Shown here piece after piece: positions 1 through 9,221 of a stretch of DNA of 20,000 nt. The DNA is from an uncultured virus (IMG/VR IMGVR_UViG_3300021425_000028) (lineage: Duplodnaviria; Heunggongvirae; Uroviricota; Caudoviricetes): the IMG/VR virus record IMGVR_UViG_3300021425_000028; one strand, written 5' to 3'. A program made the position numbers and the translations under genes. The notes beneath the pieces are model-generated. The model did no database searches, was not told the DNA's origin, and worked only from the letters and a program-made list of their open reading frames with translations. Position 1 is the stretch's first letter, and every line of letters begins with the position of its first letter.

Positions 1-2223
1 AGAGAAAAGGTAATCCGCAACAATAAATACACTGCTGGGACACAAGACTCAAGTATTTATCAAACCAAAATAGAGGGCGAGAATAATGTAGCTAATCTTG
101 CTTTAAACTACGACACAGCTAATCCTATTGGAACGTTTGTAAAGAATATTGTCGGCCAGCTTCAAAACCAAGATTATAAAATTCAGTTTAAATCCATTTC
201 TCCAGCCACGGCCACTAGATTTGATAAGGAATTTAAGAGGTTAAAAAGGATAAAGGCAATCTCAAAAAAGAAAGATCAGTTTGCTGAAGCAGGAGTAGAT
301 ATTTCAAAATACATTGTTAATGAAGAGATTTTCGAAACTGAGGATGAAATAGAACTTCACTTAGAGTTAAACCTAAAAGATGATGCGGCTCTAGCTCTTA
401 CGATTGCTACGCAGTATGTTCTTGACCTTAATAAATACGAAGATCTTGAAAGAAGAATACTTGGTGATATTGTAAAGCATAATTGGGGAGCTGTTTACGT
501 TGAAGCAAGAGAAGATGGTCATTGTGTGATCAGAGTACCTCAATTAGAGAAATTGGTATTTGATTACTTTGAGGAAGAAGATGCTAGTGATTGTAGGTAT
601 ATTGGTGAGGCCAGAAGCGTATCAATCAATGAGCTAAGAAAAATGGCTGATGGTCAGCTTACTAATAAAGAGCTTTTTGAAGCGGCTAGACAAGGAGCTG
701 CTGGAAGTAGTTTCCCATATTCATTTGATCAGCTTCAGTATTACAAGAATGGAGATGCGAAAGGGATGCCATGGGGGGGTATGAAAACAACAGTTTATGA
801 TTTGAAGATATTGTCTGTCAATGAAGAAACTGGATACAATGTTCCAGATAGAAGATCAGGTGGTTACAAGTTCATCAAATCAGAGAAGCTAAAGAAAGTT
901 CCAGAAGGAGCGGAAAGAGTAACTAGAGAGATTGAAAATCAGTACAAGGTCAAATATATCCCTGCGCTTGATAAAGTTATAGATTACGGTATTTGTTATT
1001 CTCCTAGAGAAAGAAAAGAAGGTAAGTGGTCAACAAACTATGAGTGTGACTACATAATGTTTGCTCAAGATATTCATGAAATGGTTACTTCTTCAATTGT
1101 TGATCAATTGATTGGAAAGGCTGATGATTGGATTTTAATCAAGCTGAACATCATGAGAATGATTGCTCAAGCTCACCCTGCCGGTGTAGCCGTTGACCAA
1201 ATGGCGGTAGCTGCTGCAGCAAATGGATTTGGTGAAGGAAATATTACTCCAAGAGGGTTGATTGATATTTTTACCAAACGAGGCGTATTCATTTACAGCT
1301 CAATGGTTCATGGCCGTGCGCTTCAAAATCAGAATCCAATTCGAGACACAGCTGAATCTACATTGATTTCATTAGAGAGGATGCAGAAGCAAATGTTCGA
1401 TATTATCAGTGAAATGGAGATCATTTCAGGAGTTCCGTACAGCACAATTTCTGCTCCAGATAAGGACACAGCGGTTGGAAACAATAAAATTGCCCTTTCC
1501 AATAGAAATAATTCATTACGAAATATAGATCTAGCGTATAAAAACATTGCAAATAGAATGGGCAAGAAAATAGGTTCTTGCATACAAGACGCTGTTATCA
1601 GTGGAAAATCGATAATGGATTACGGCCAAGCTATTGGGTACATGAATTTAGATGCCATCAAAGCAACAAAAGCTATTCCTTCAGAGGAATTTGGAACAAT
1701 GGTTGATACAGCTCCAGACGGACAAGACCAACAAGATGTAATCGATTCATTGAACCTAGCAATTCAGAACAAGTCAATTCGAGCAAGTATAATTCCTAGA
1801 ATTAAGCAAGAGATCAGAAGATTCCCAGCAAGAGCAGCTAAAATGCTTGTAATTGAAGAAAGGCAATATGCTGATATTCAGAACAAAGCAGCTGACGAAA
1901 GATCAAGAGTATCAGCAGAAGCAATGGCTAAAGCAGGAAAAGATACTGAAATGGCTAAAGTCATGACTATTAATGCTGAATGGGATCGTAGGGATGCTCA
2001 CGTCACCTTAGAGTTTAGACATAAAAAAGGATTATCTCACCAAGACTACCTTGAAGAGGCAAGGATTCAATACCAAAAAGACCAAGCCAAACTTGAACAG
2101 ATTAAAGAGGCAATGGAGGGCGATAGTAATGAAGAGTCAGGAGAAGGTAATTATGCGTCTAAAGACATGCCTAAAGAGTCAGGTAATAGAATGCCAGCAA
2201 TACCAGCTGTTGCTAGTCAATAA
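1..2223 (+). CDS. Portal protein (5'-truncated; true start lies upstream of the window)
   Basis: Frame 1 is open from base 1 (REKVIRNNKYTAGTQDSSIYQ...FETEDEIELHLELNLKD...VLDLNKYEDLERRILGDIVKHNWGAVY) into the listed 526..2223 ORF, so the GTG at 526 is internal. The sequence pattern, the length (>=740 aa), the helical C-terminus and the position upstream of the neck/tail genes resemble portals of Bacteroidota podoviruses (recognised from memory). Confidence 0.8.
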   Translation, partial: REKVIRNNKYTAGTQDSSIYQTKIEGENNVANLALNYDTANPIGTFVKNIVGQLQNQDYKIQFKSISPATATRFDKEFKRLKRIKAISKKKDQFAEAGVDISKYIVNEEIFETEDEIELHLELNLKDDAALALTIATQYVLDLNKYEDLERRILGDIVKHNWGAVYVEAREDGHCVIRVPQLEKLVFDYFEEEDASDCRYIGEARSVSINELRKMADGQLTNKELFEAARQGAAGSSFPYSFDQLQYYKNGDAKGMPWGGMKTTVYDLKILSVNEETGYNVPDRRSGGYKFIKSEKLKKVPEGAERVTREIENQYKVKYIPALDKVIDYGICYSPRERKEGKWSTNYECDYIMFAQDIHEMVTSSIVDQLIGKADDWILIKLNIMRMIAQAHPAGVAVDQMAVAAAANGFGEGNITPRGLIDIFTKRGVFIYSSMVHGRALQNQNPIRDTAESTLISLERMQKQMFDIISEMEIISGVPYSTISAPDKDTAVGNNKIALSNRNNSLRNIDLAYKNIANRMGKKIGSCIQDAVISGKSIMDYGQAIGYMNLDAIKATKAIPSEEFGTMVDTAPDGQDQQDVIDSLNLAIQNKSIRASIIPRIKQEIRRFPARAAKMLVIEERQYADIQNKAADERSRVSAEAMAKAGKDTEMAKVMTINAEWDRRDAHVTLEFRHKKGLSHQDYLEEARIQYQKDQAKLEQIKEAMEGDSNEESGEGNYASKDMPKESGNRMPAIPAVASQ

Positions 2224-2677
2224 AAATAGCCTGGCATTCGTTTGCTAAAACATCGTACTTAAATGTATATGCCCACATACCTAAAGAGTTGTAAACTTTT
2301 ACATGAATAGTAACCTCTCCTTCAGGAAGTGATAATATCAGGTCTCTTGGATCTGAGCAGTCATTAGGAGCTTCATCATGAGTTAATATGCTACGATCAG
2401 ACTCAACTCCATCATAAGTAATTGTGAAGCTTATACCTGGTTGGTCTGTCCAAAACAAAACCGACCCTTCATAAGAACAAGTGCCATCATCTTTAGATGC
2501 TGCACTATTGTAATTAGTAGACGTTGGATCAGTGCAACCTAAGATATATTCACATGAACCATCGTTTTTTGTTGCTGTCTCATTGTAATTATATGCATCG
2601 GGATCAGTGCATCCTTTTTTATTACATGATGATAATGAACAAAGTGTGACAGCCGCTAAAAATATAGAAGTTTTCAT
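2213..2677 (-). CDS. Predicted lipoprotein (154 aa) with two GCTDPxxxNY...DGxC repeats; moron-like accessory gene
   Basis: The ATG at 2677 gives MKTSIFLAAVTLCSLSS-C, a signal peptide with lipobox LSSC (Cys18). It is followed by GCTDPDAYNYNETATKNDGSCEY and GCTDPTSTNYNSAASKDDGTCSY. It has its own upstream promoter box and overlaps the portal stop convergently by 11 bp. Confidence 0.85.
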   Translation of the reverse strand: MKTSIFLAAVTLCSLSSCNKKGCTDPDAYNYNETATKNDGSCEYILGCTDPTSTNYNSAASKDDGTCSYEGSVLFWTDQPGISFTITYDGVESDRSILTHDEAPNDCSDPRDLILSLPEGEVTIHVKVYNSLGMWAYTFKYDVLANECQAIFID

Positions 2678-2702
2678 TGTAATTAGATTTAATTGGTTAC
2701 GG

Positions 2703-2710
2703 CAAATATA
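2703..2710 (-). promoter_or_regulatory. Bacteroidota primary-sigma -7 element (TATATTTG) for the lipoprotein gene
   Basis: The reverse complement of caaatata is TATATTTG, an exact TAnnTTTG match 25 nt upstream of the ATG at 2677. Confidence 0.65.
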
Positions 2711-2749
2711 CACTACTTTTCAAGAACTAAGATTTCAACACAAAAATCA

Positions 2750-2757
2750 TATCTTTG
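2750..2757 (+). promoter_or_regulatory. Bacteroidota primary-sigma -7 element (TATCTTTG) for the tail/ejection operon
   Basis: Exact TAnnTTTG match 28 nt upstream of the ATG at 2786, divergent from the 2703-2710 element. Confidence 0.65.
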
Positions 2758-2785
2758 AAAGGTATTTGTAAACGCCCATTATCAC

Positions 2786-3412
2786 ATGAATCCTTGCATA
2801 TATTACGCTCAAGAATTACTTAAAATTCTCTATCCAAATACGACCATTGACGCAAAAATGGGTGAACAAGCAGCTCTAGCAGCTGTTGGTCAGGCGTGTG
2901 ATGAAGTTAGAAAAAGACAGTACTTACAATCACTAGGAGAGGGAGACATGATCCCATACGGATGGTTAAGCCATTTTGGAGAGCAGAATGATAAGTCTGT
3001 TGAAATTCTGAAAACAAATAAAGGCGAGTATTATTGTGAGCTTCCGGCAAGAGTGATTCAGATTAATGATGTTGGGGGTATTCGAACAGTTTATCCAACT
3101 GGATGTCCACAGAATTTAATCTATCCAACTCCAACTTCTTTTCGTGGGATGTTCAACACTTCTGAAGTAAAAAACTTAGGAGGTAGGATGGGGTTCAGCC
3201 CAAAGCAAGACCGATTATACTTTTTACAAGACATGAGCAAGTATAAGTCTGTAGATATGGACTTGTTTGCTCAAGCACAAAGCTTAGATGAAGACGATCC
3301 TTTTCCAGCTGACGATTCAATTATAAATCTCATTATGGAAAGGGCTACACAACTTTGGGGAACACAAAAGCAGATTCCTGCTGATCCTGTTAATAACGGA
3401 ATATCACAATGA
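2786..3412 (+). CDS. Putative ring / head-tail adaptor (tail tubular-like) protein
   Basis: 208 aa. The 'YYCELPARVI' core and the C-terminal 'DDPFPADDSIINLIMERATQLW...IPADPVNNG' helix resemble ring proteins of crAss-like phages. It lies between portal and muzzle genes. Confidence 0.55.
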   Translation: MNPCIYYAQELLKILYPNTTIDAKMGEQAALAAVGQACDEVRKRQYLQSLGEGDMIPYGWLSHFGEQNDKSVEILKTNKGEYYCELPARVIQINDVGGIRTVYPTGCPQNLIYPTPTSFRGMFNTSEVKNLGGRMGFSPKQDRLYFLQDMSKYKSVDMDLFAQAQSLDEDDPFPADDSIINLIMERATQLWGTQKQIPADPVNNGISQ

Positions 3413-4155
3413 TCGGAATACCATTAGCGGAAGTAGTTGACGGCTACATGTTAAAGCTTGGGAATGATAGCCCTAGAAAGTTTTCATATTATTTAGCCTA
3501 TGCCAAGGCTGGATTAGATATTTTCCATAGACAAGTCAACGGAACTTTAAAGGCCGAGCAAATTATTCTTAACCAAAATAATTCAACCGCGCCATTACCA
3601 AATGGTTGTGTGAAGATTGCGCATGTTTACATCATCGATAGATTTGGGTCGATCAGTGAATTGAGTGAGTCGAATAATATTCGAATTGCTAATGATAATT
3701 GTGGAGACCCAGTATCCTTAAGTGGAGATAGTGGATTTGGGTCTAATGGAAATGGATCTGGGATACGCCACCATCTAAACGGTGAAAACAAAGGTGCTTA
3801 TTACGGAAATGGTGGTCGCTCTGCTGCTGGACAGTATCGAGTAAATCAAGAACTTAATAGGATTGAAGTATCATCCGGTGTAGGCGCTGGAATACTTGTA
3901 GTTGAGTATATCGGAAGGCCTGAAAGAGTGGGAGAAGACTTTATGGTTCATCCATACTTAACTGAGGCATTGGAGGAATACATTCACTACGCAAGTATAA
4001 AATTCAAAAGAGGAGTTCAACTACAAGAAAGAGATTACTGGGATAACAAGTGGGTTATGAGTATGCTTCAAGGAAAGGTAGATATTTATGGCATGACGCA
4101 AAAGCAAGTAGAATACGCCATGGCTAAAAACACAATTTTAACACCAAAAATCTAA
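3409..4155 (+). CDS. Putative second ring / adaptor protein
   Basis: 248 aa with an ATGA overlap to the previous gene. The pattern 'YAKAGLDIF...PLPNGCVKI...GQYRVN...RIEVSS...LVVEYIG...VHPYLTEALEEYIHY' resembles neck ring proteins of Bacteroidota podoviruses. Confidence 0.55.
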   Translation: MIGIPLAEVVDGYMLKLGNDSPRKFSYYLAYAKAGLDIFHRQVNGTLKAEQIILNQNNSTAPLPNGCVKIAHVYIIDRFGSISELSESNNIRIANDNCGDPVSLSGDSGFGSNGNGSGIRHHLNGENKGAYYGNGGRSAAGQYRVNQELNRIEVSSGVGAGILVVEYIGRPERVGEDFMVHPYLTEALEEYIHYASIKFKRGVQLQERDYWDNKWVMSMLQGKVDIYGMTQKQVEYAMAKNTILTPKI

Positions 4156-4349
4156 TGGCAAATTACTTCGAAAAGCTTATTAAGACACAGCATGAAGTAA
4201 CTGGAAACAAGAATTTAAAGAAAGTTTTTCCAGAGATTTTAGATAAGCCAGCCGCTGAAAAAATTAACAGCGAGGCAATGCGTAAGTATAAGGAGCAGTA
4301 CGAAGATGGTGAGTTGGAAGAATTGGAATCTAAGTTAGTACAGAAGTAA
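4155..4349 (+). CDS. Small hypothetical protein (64 aa)
   Basis: TAATG stop/start coupling at both ends (4153-4157 and 4347-4351); it exactly fills the gap between neighbours. Confidence 0.7.
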   Translation: MANYFEKLIKTQHEVTGNKNLKKVFPEILDKPAAEKINSEAMRKYKEQYEDGELEELESKLVQK

Positions 4350-7300
4350 TGGGGGTAGATAAAAGAGTATTTGTTGGCGAAGGAGGTTCGGGTCAGAATA
4401 AAGACGTGGATGTTCGGTTTATTACAAATGGATTTTATCTTGATGGGCGAAATATGTCCGTTGGAATACTTGGAAGCCAGTATGTTGTCCACAACATAGA
4501 GGGCAATGTTTTAAAGTCATTTACTCTTGGATCTGGAAGCAATATGTGTATTGGCGCTCACGATGATAAGTTAAACGACTCATTATATTACTTTGTGTGG
4601 AATGGGCTTGGAAACCATAAAATTCTAAGATACAAGTACTCTGCAAGTGTAGACACCATTGAAGAAATTGCTGGTGGAGAAGGCCTGAACTTCAACTTTT
4701 TATATCTAATCGTTAGTATAGTTGTAACCGATAATAAAATTTTAGGGTGGACTGATGCATTTAATGCGGAAGTGTGTGCGATTGATCTAACAGATTTTGC
4801 ATCATTACCTAGTCCACTAACAACAGCCGATCGATATAGAATTGAACTAGCCAAAGCCCCAGAACCAAACGCTTTAATAGCTGAGTTTTTTAGCGAACAA
4901 ACTAGACAATCAAACGGGCTAAAAAATAATCTTTACAAGTTTAAGACAAGATATGTGTATGCTCTGAATATGAGAAGTGGATTCTCAAAGCATACTAAAA
5001 TGCCAGTCCCAGACATTGGATCTAATACAGAGGTTTACACTTCAGGAGGATCTTCTTACAATAATGCAAACAACGCGATATTTATAAGGGTAGACGCTCC
5101 TGATTTAACGGGAGTAGAAAAAATAGAGCTATTCGTGCAATTTGGTCAGGACGATAATACCATGAGTGATTGGTATCGATTCTTTGTTTTTGATGCGTCA
5201 TACGCGCCACAATCGATTGTATTTACTGGAGAAGAGGCATTAGATGTTACTGATCAAACAGAAGCCTTACAGCCGTATTCATTTGTTCCAAAATATGTTC
5301 AAGCAATTGAGGAGCTTCCAAGTAATGTTTGGGCGTTCTTTAACTTCACTGAAAATATAAACGCAAACATAACTCCAAATGTTTCTGTTTATCCAACATA
5401 TAATCAGAGAGTTCCATCCGCATCAGCTACTATAACAGGAACAGCAAATAATACACCGGTCGCCACTACAGGAACTTATCGAAATGTAAATTTTGATATT
5501 CTTCTTAATTCTTCGTTAAACTACAAAAGGTTTACGATAGGGGGAACATTTGGAGCTGGGCAGAAATTAGTGATAAATCTTGCTATAACCCATACGGGGA
5601 CAATGCCATTTACTTCTGCAGCTATTACGAGATCAGTTTATTATGTATGTAAAAAAGGAGATACGTTAGCAATAGCTGCGTCAAAATTAGCGGATGCCAT
5701 AAACGCTGTGGATACGAGAGATAGAGGTTATGGAGGTGTAATTGCTTATTATCCTGGATCTGGAAATATCATTAGAATCATATATGGGACAAACCAATTA
5801 AACACACCATACACACCAACAAGCGCGGTAACTATTACTGGAGCAGGGTCAGGTAGTGTGTCGTATTCTTTTCCAGGATCAACACTTGATGTTAATGGTG
5901 CTAAAGTGAGTCTTAAACGATACGCACAACACCCGTTTGCAGGACAGTATGAAGATTCTAAAGGAAGATTAAGCCCAGCAATTCCATTCGGAGAAATGTA
6001 TGCGGCTGGGTATGACACTACAACAAACAAGGGTGAGGTAACGGCAACAATGGTTGTTAATCATATTCCTCCAGCTGATGCGGTTAGGCTTAATGTGTTA
6101 TATGCTGGAAATCAAACTATTGGTAGCTTCTTTCAATTTTATTCTCAAGCATGGCAGGTAATTGAAGTAACTTATGATTCAGGAACAGGAACATTGCCAC
6201 CGCTATTAGCAGGTGTGATAGGCAGTGTGACTGGAGCAACAGGGTTTATTATTGATTTTAAAGAGGGTGGGAATACTGATGGCACATTGTTAATTGCGGT
6301 TACTTCTGGAGCTTTTCTTGACACGGACACCCTGGAATATAATACAACAGCTTGGACTGCAGACATTCCAACTGATGGGATTACAGATAATAATGTAGCT
6401 ATTGTGTCATTAGGTAGAACGTACCGGGCAAATCAAGATGCTTACGGAATAAGAAGTGATTACAGTTTTGTAGATGGTGATAAAGTAAGATTTCTTTCTG
6501 TAGTTGATCCAAGTACGGGAACGTATACTTATTTCACTGACTCAAAATCAGTAGATATTAATAAGGTTGACACTAATTTTGCTTACATTAATTATGACAT
6601 TTCTAATCTAAGCACTGCGGTTACAAGCTCACTAGCAGTATATGTTGAATTTTGGAGGCCAAAGCAAAGTTTCGGAAATCGCTTGTTTTATCAAACAGGA
6701 TTATCATTTCCAATAGTTGGTGGATACCATACCGGTAATACGCAAAATCAAACGGCAAGTCAAGGAGCAATTATTGAGCTTTATAATGTAGGAGACGTCT
6801 ACTTAAGAAGTAGTCCTTCGGTTACAATATCATCTACAACAGCAAAAATAGAATCTGCGAGTATCTATGAAACTATTCCAGTCAATGTTTCGCCAATAGG
6901 CGCTCCAGCCGTTGTTGATACTGTGAGCTTACAGGAGTTCAATAGTGAGACCGGAGTTTACTACACACAACCATATGTGGCCGATACAGAGTTAAATGGA
7001 CTTGCAGTTGTGCTTGGATCAAGCTTTAGGGAGTATGATCGTAAATATGGAAGTATTGAAAGGGTTAGATCAAGAGACAGAAGTCTTACGGTTTGGTTTG
7101 AAGATAGAGTTGGGCTGGTTGGAATCCTTCAAGAGTTAAGTCTTCAGGATAACGGGCAAGTTACTTACCAAACAAATGCCATCCTTAACAACATGCAGTA
7201 TTATGCTCATGACGGTGGTATTAGTGGGGCATTCGCATCAATGGTTGTAAATGGAAACAGAAACTACTACCTAGACCCTAAGAGAGCTAGTGTAAATAGA

Positions 7301-8218
7301 CTAAGCCAAGATGGAGTTACTGAATTGAGTAGGGTTTACAAGATGTCAAGTGAGTTTTTCAGGGTATTAAATCCGATTAAGAAAAACAACGAGATACCAA
7401 GGATTATAGGAGCTTACGATGATAAGCATGATACTTATAATTTCACCATTCAGTTTTATAGAAATAGCTCAGTGACGGCAAGTAGTTCTGGAAGATTATT
7501 ACTTCAAGGAAAAGGATTTGATACAGATTCAGATCTAATAGTAGATGCTGTATTATTTAATGGGACAAACTACTATAATGTGCCAGTATTAAGCACGTTG
7601 ATCAGTGGCGCAAATGAAATCGAGATTTATTATGATAATTCGATAGTAAACGCGGCTACTGTTACTGAGGTTTGGATACGATATGCGGGGGATACATACT
7701 CATTCAGTGAAGGCGCAAAAGGATTTACCAATCAATGGGACATGACGCCCGATTTTATGGTAGATGCTGGAGTAGATTGGGCATCATTTAAAGATGGAGA
7801 GATCTGGGTTCAGAATAAGAATGGAAATGGCGAATATAACTACTTGTTTGGACAAGAGGTTGAAAGCTATGTAGTTGTTCCGTTTAATGGAAGCCCTTCA
7901 TCGATTAAGTTGATGGAAAACTTAATTCAAGAAGCAAGTGAGTTGTGGTCAACTGATGTATTGGGAGATATTTACACTCCGGAAGGACAACAGACATACA
8001 TGGTTGACGCGCATTGGGAGGAGCTTTTAAGAGGTCAATTTAGCGCTGCTATACTGAAAGATTACAACACCCCAAATGTTGACTCAAATTATTCTATTTT
8101 TGAAGGAAACGATATGCAGTCATATGCATTACTATGTAAGTTTAAAAATTCAAGTCATAATGCGGCTAAATTATTCGCAGTAAACTTGATTACAACTGAA
8201 GCAAAATTAACAACATAA
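4349..8218 (+). CDS. Tail stabilisation / muzzle (nozzle-like, P22 gp10-type) protein
   Basis: 1289 aa, beta-rich. The N-terminal 'QNKDVDVRFITNGFYLDGRNM...VHNIEGN...CIG' and the C-terminal 'IIGAYDDKHDTY...TYSFSEGAKGFTNQWDMTPD...SFKDGEIWVQN' match the pattern of stabilisation proteins in crAss-like/Flavobacteria phages. It sits between ring and ejection genes. Confidence 0.75.
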   Translation: MGVDKRVFVGEGGSGQNKDVDVRFITNGFYLDGRNMSVGILGSQYVVHNIEGNVLKSFTLGSGSNMCIGAHDDKLNDSLYYFVWNGLGNHKILRYKYSASVDTIEEIAGGEGLNFNFLYLIVSIVVTDNKILGWTDAFNAEVCAIDLTDFASLPSPLTTADRYRIELAKAPEPNALIAEFFSEQTRQSNGLKNNLYKFKTRYVYALNMRSGFSKHTKMPVPDIGSNTEVYTSGGSSYNNANNAIFIRVDAPDLTGVEKIELFVQFGQDDNTMSDWYRFFVFDASYAPQSIVFTGEEALDVTDQTEALQPYSFVPKYVQAIEELPSNVWAFFNFTENINANITPNVSVYPTYNQRVPSASATITGTANNTPVATTGTYRNVNFDILLNSSLNYKRFTIGGTFGAGQKLVINLAITHTGTMPFTSAAITRSVYYVCKKGDTLAIAASKLADAINAVDTRDRGYGGVIAYYPGSGNIIRIIYGTNQLNTPYTPTSAVTITGAGSGSVSYSFPGSTLDVNGAKVSLKRYAQHPFAGQYEDSKGRLSPAIPFGEMYAAGYDTTTNKGEVTATMVVNHIPPADAVRLNVLYAGNQTIGSFFQFYSQAWQVIEVTYDSGTGTLPPLLAGVIGSVTGATGFIIDFKEGGNTDGTLLIAVTSGAFLDTDTLEYNTTAWTADIPTDGITDNNVAIVSLGRTYRANQDAYGIRSDYSFVDGDKVRFLSVVDPSTGTYTYFTDSKSVDINKVDTNFAYINYDISNLSTAVTSSLAVYVEFWRPKQSFGNRLFYQTGLSFPIVGGYHTGNTQNQTASQGAIIELYNVGDVYLRSSPSVTISSTTAKIESASIYETIPVNVSPIGAPAVVDTVSLQEFNSETGVYYTQPYVADTELNGLAVVLGSSFREYDRKYGSIERVRSRDRSLTVWFEDRVGLVGILQELSLQDNGQVTYQTNAILNNMQYYAHDGGISGAFASMVVNGNRNYYLDPKRASVNRLSQDGVTELSRVYKMSSEFFRVLNPIKKNNEIPRIIGAYDDKHDTYNFTIQFYRNSSVTASSSGRLLLQGKGFDTDSDLIVDAVLFNGTNYYNVPVLSTLISGANEIEIYYDNSIVNAATVTEVWIRYAGDTYSFSEGAKGFTNQWDMTPDFMVDAGVDWASFKDGEIWVQNKNGNGEYNYLFGQEVESYVVVPFNGSPSSIKLMENLIQEASELWSTDVLGDIYTPEGQQTYMVDAHWEELLRGQFSAAILKDYNTPNVDSNYSIFEGNDMQSYALLCKFKNSSHNAAKLFAVNLITTEAKLTT

Positions 8219-8222
8219 AGAA

Positions 8223-9221
8223 ATGGGATTTGATTGGAAAAAAGCAGCTGGTACAGGAATAGATTTGTTTTCTACTGGAATTACCGCAGGAGTTATTCCA
8301 GCCGCCTCATACGCATTAACTGGACAATCATTAGGCGCTAATATTATGGGAGATTCATATGCCCCAGAATTAGGCGATCACCCGAACCAAAAAAAGAAAA
8401 GCGCAGCTTCTGATTTAGAGGCTTATATGCAAGAATTAGCTGACTCACAGCAAAGCAAAGCTGATGAGATATATGCTGAACTTGAAGCGCAAGGGCGGCC
8501 AGAGATGGATGCTCAAGTCCAAAGAAATCAGGAGATTGTAGATATTGCTAGACAAATGGCCGACACTGGAATGCCAGAGGCGCAAAGACAACAAGCGCAA
8601 CAACAAATTGAAAGAAGTGGGGCAAACGCTATGGCAGCAGCTTCAAGTAGAGGTGCTGGAATGCAAATGCTTGCTGGCATACAAGGAAATCAAAATCAAG
8701 CATTCGGAAATCTAGCCGCACAAGATGCTATGATGGCTAATCAAAATCAGCAAGGATACATGTCTGCTCTTGGTAATTTAGGGGCGGCTGAAGGAATGGC
8801 TGAGCAGTATAATCAATTGCTGCCATACGAGCAGCAATTAGCGTATGCTCAAGGTCTTGAAGGTAGTGCTATACAAAACCAGATGGGAGTATATAACCAA
8901 GCTTATATGAACTCAGCTGCAAATCAACAGCAGCTTATGGATATGGCTGGAATGGTTTTAAATGGTGGAGGAACAGTCGCGTCTATTGCCTCTGATATAA
9001 GATTAAAAGAGAATATTAGTCATACGGGGTACAGTAAAAATGGCATTCCTATTTATCAATGGAGATATAAAGGCGACAATCCAAAAACTTACTCTGGAAC
9101 AATGGCTCAAGATCTATTGGAATTAGGATATGAGGATGCTGTAGTTACTATGGAAAGTGGTTTCTTTGCTGTTGATTATTCAAAAATAGATGTAGATTTC
9201 AAAACAATTTCTAATGGCTAA
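8223..9221 (+). CDS. Putative ejection (pilot/internal virion) protein with C-terminal peptidase S74-type intramolecular chaperone domain
   Basis: Gln/Ala/Gly/Met-rich helical body without Cys. The C-terminal 76 aa from 8991 read SDIRLKENI...GIPIYQWRYK...GTMAQDL...VDYSKI, the S74/ICA signature. Confidence 0.75.
   Translation: MGFDWKKAAGTGIDLFSTGITAGVIPAASYALTGQSLGANIMGDSYAPELGDHPNQKKKSAASDLEAYMQELADSQQSKADEIYAELEAQGRPEMDAQVQRNQEIVDIARQMADTGMPEAQRQQAQQQIERSGANAMAAASSRGAGMQMLAGIQGNQNQAFGNLAAQDAMMANQNQQGYMSALGNLGAAEGMAEQYNQLLPYEQQLAYAQGLEGSAIQNQMGVYNQAYMNSAANQQQLMDMAGMVLNGGGTVASIASDIRLKENISHTGYSKNGIPIYQWRYKGDNPKTYSGTMAQDLLELGYEDAVVTMESGFFAVDYSKIDVDFKTISNG

Noticed and set aside
526..528. GTG start of the portal ORF given in the ORF track
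   Set aside because: The frame is open and portal-like from base 1, so the real start is upstream of the window.
2678..2713. Longer N-terminus (MYICRNQLNLIT) for the lipoprotein
   Set aside because: This extension overlaps the promoter box, and the ATG at 2677 gives a canonical signal peptide.
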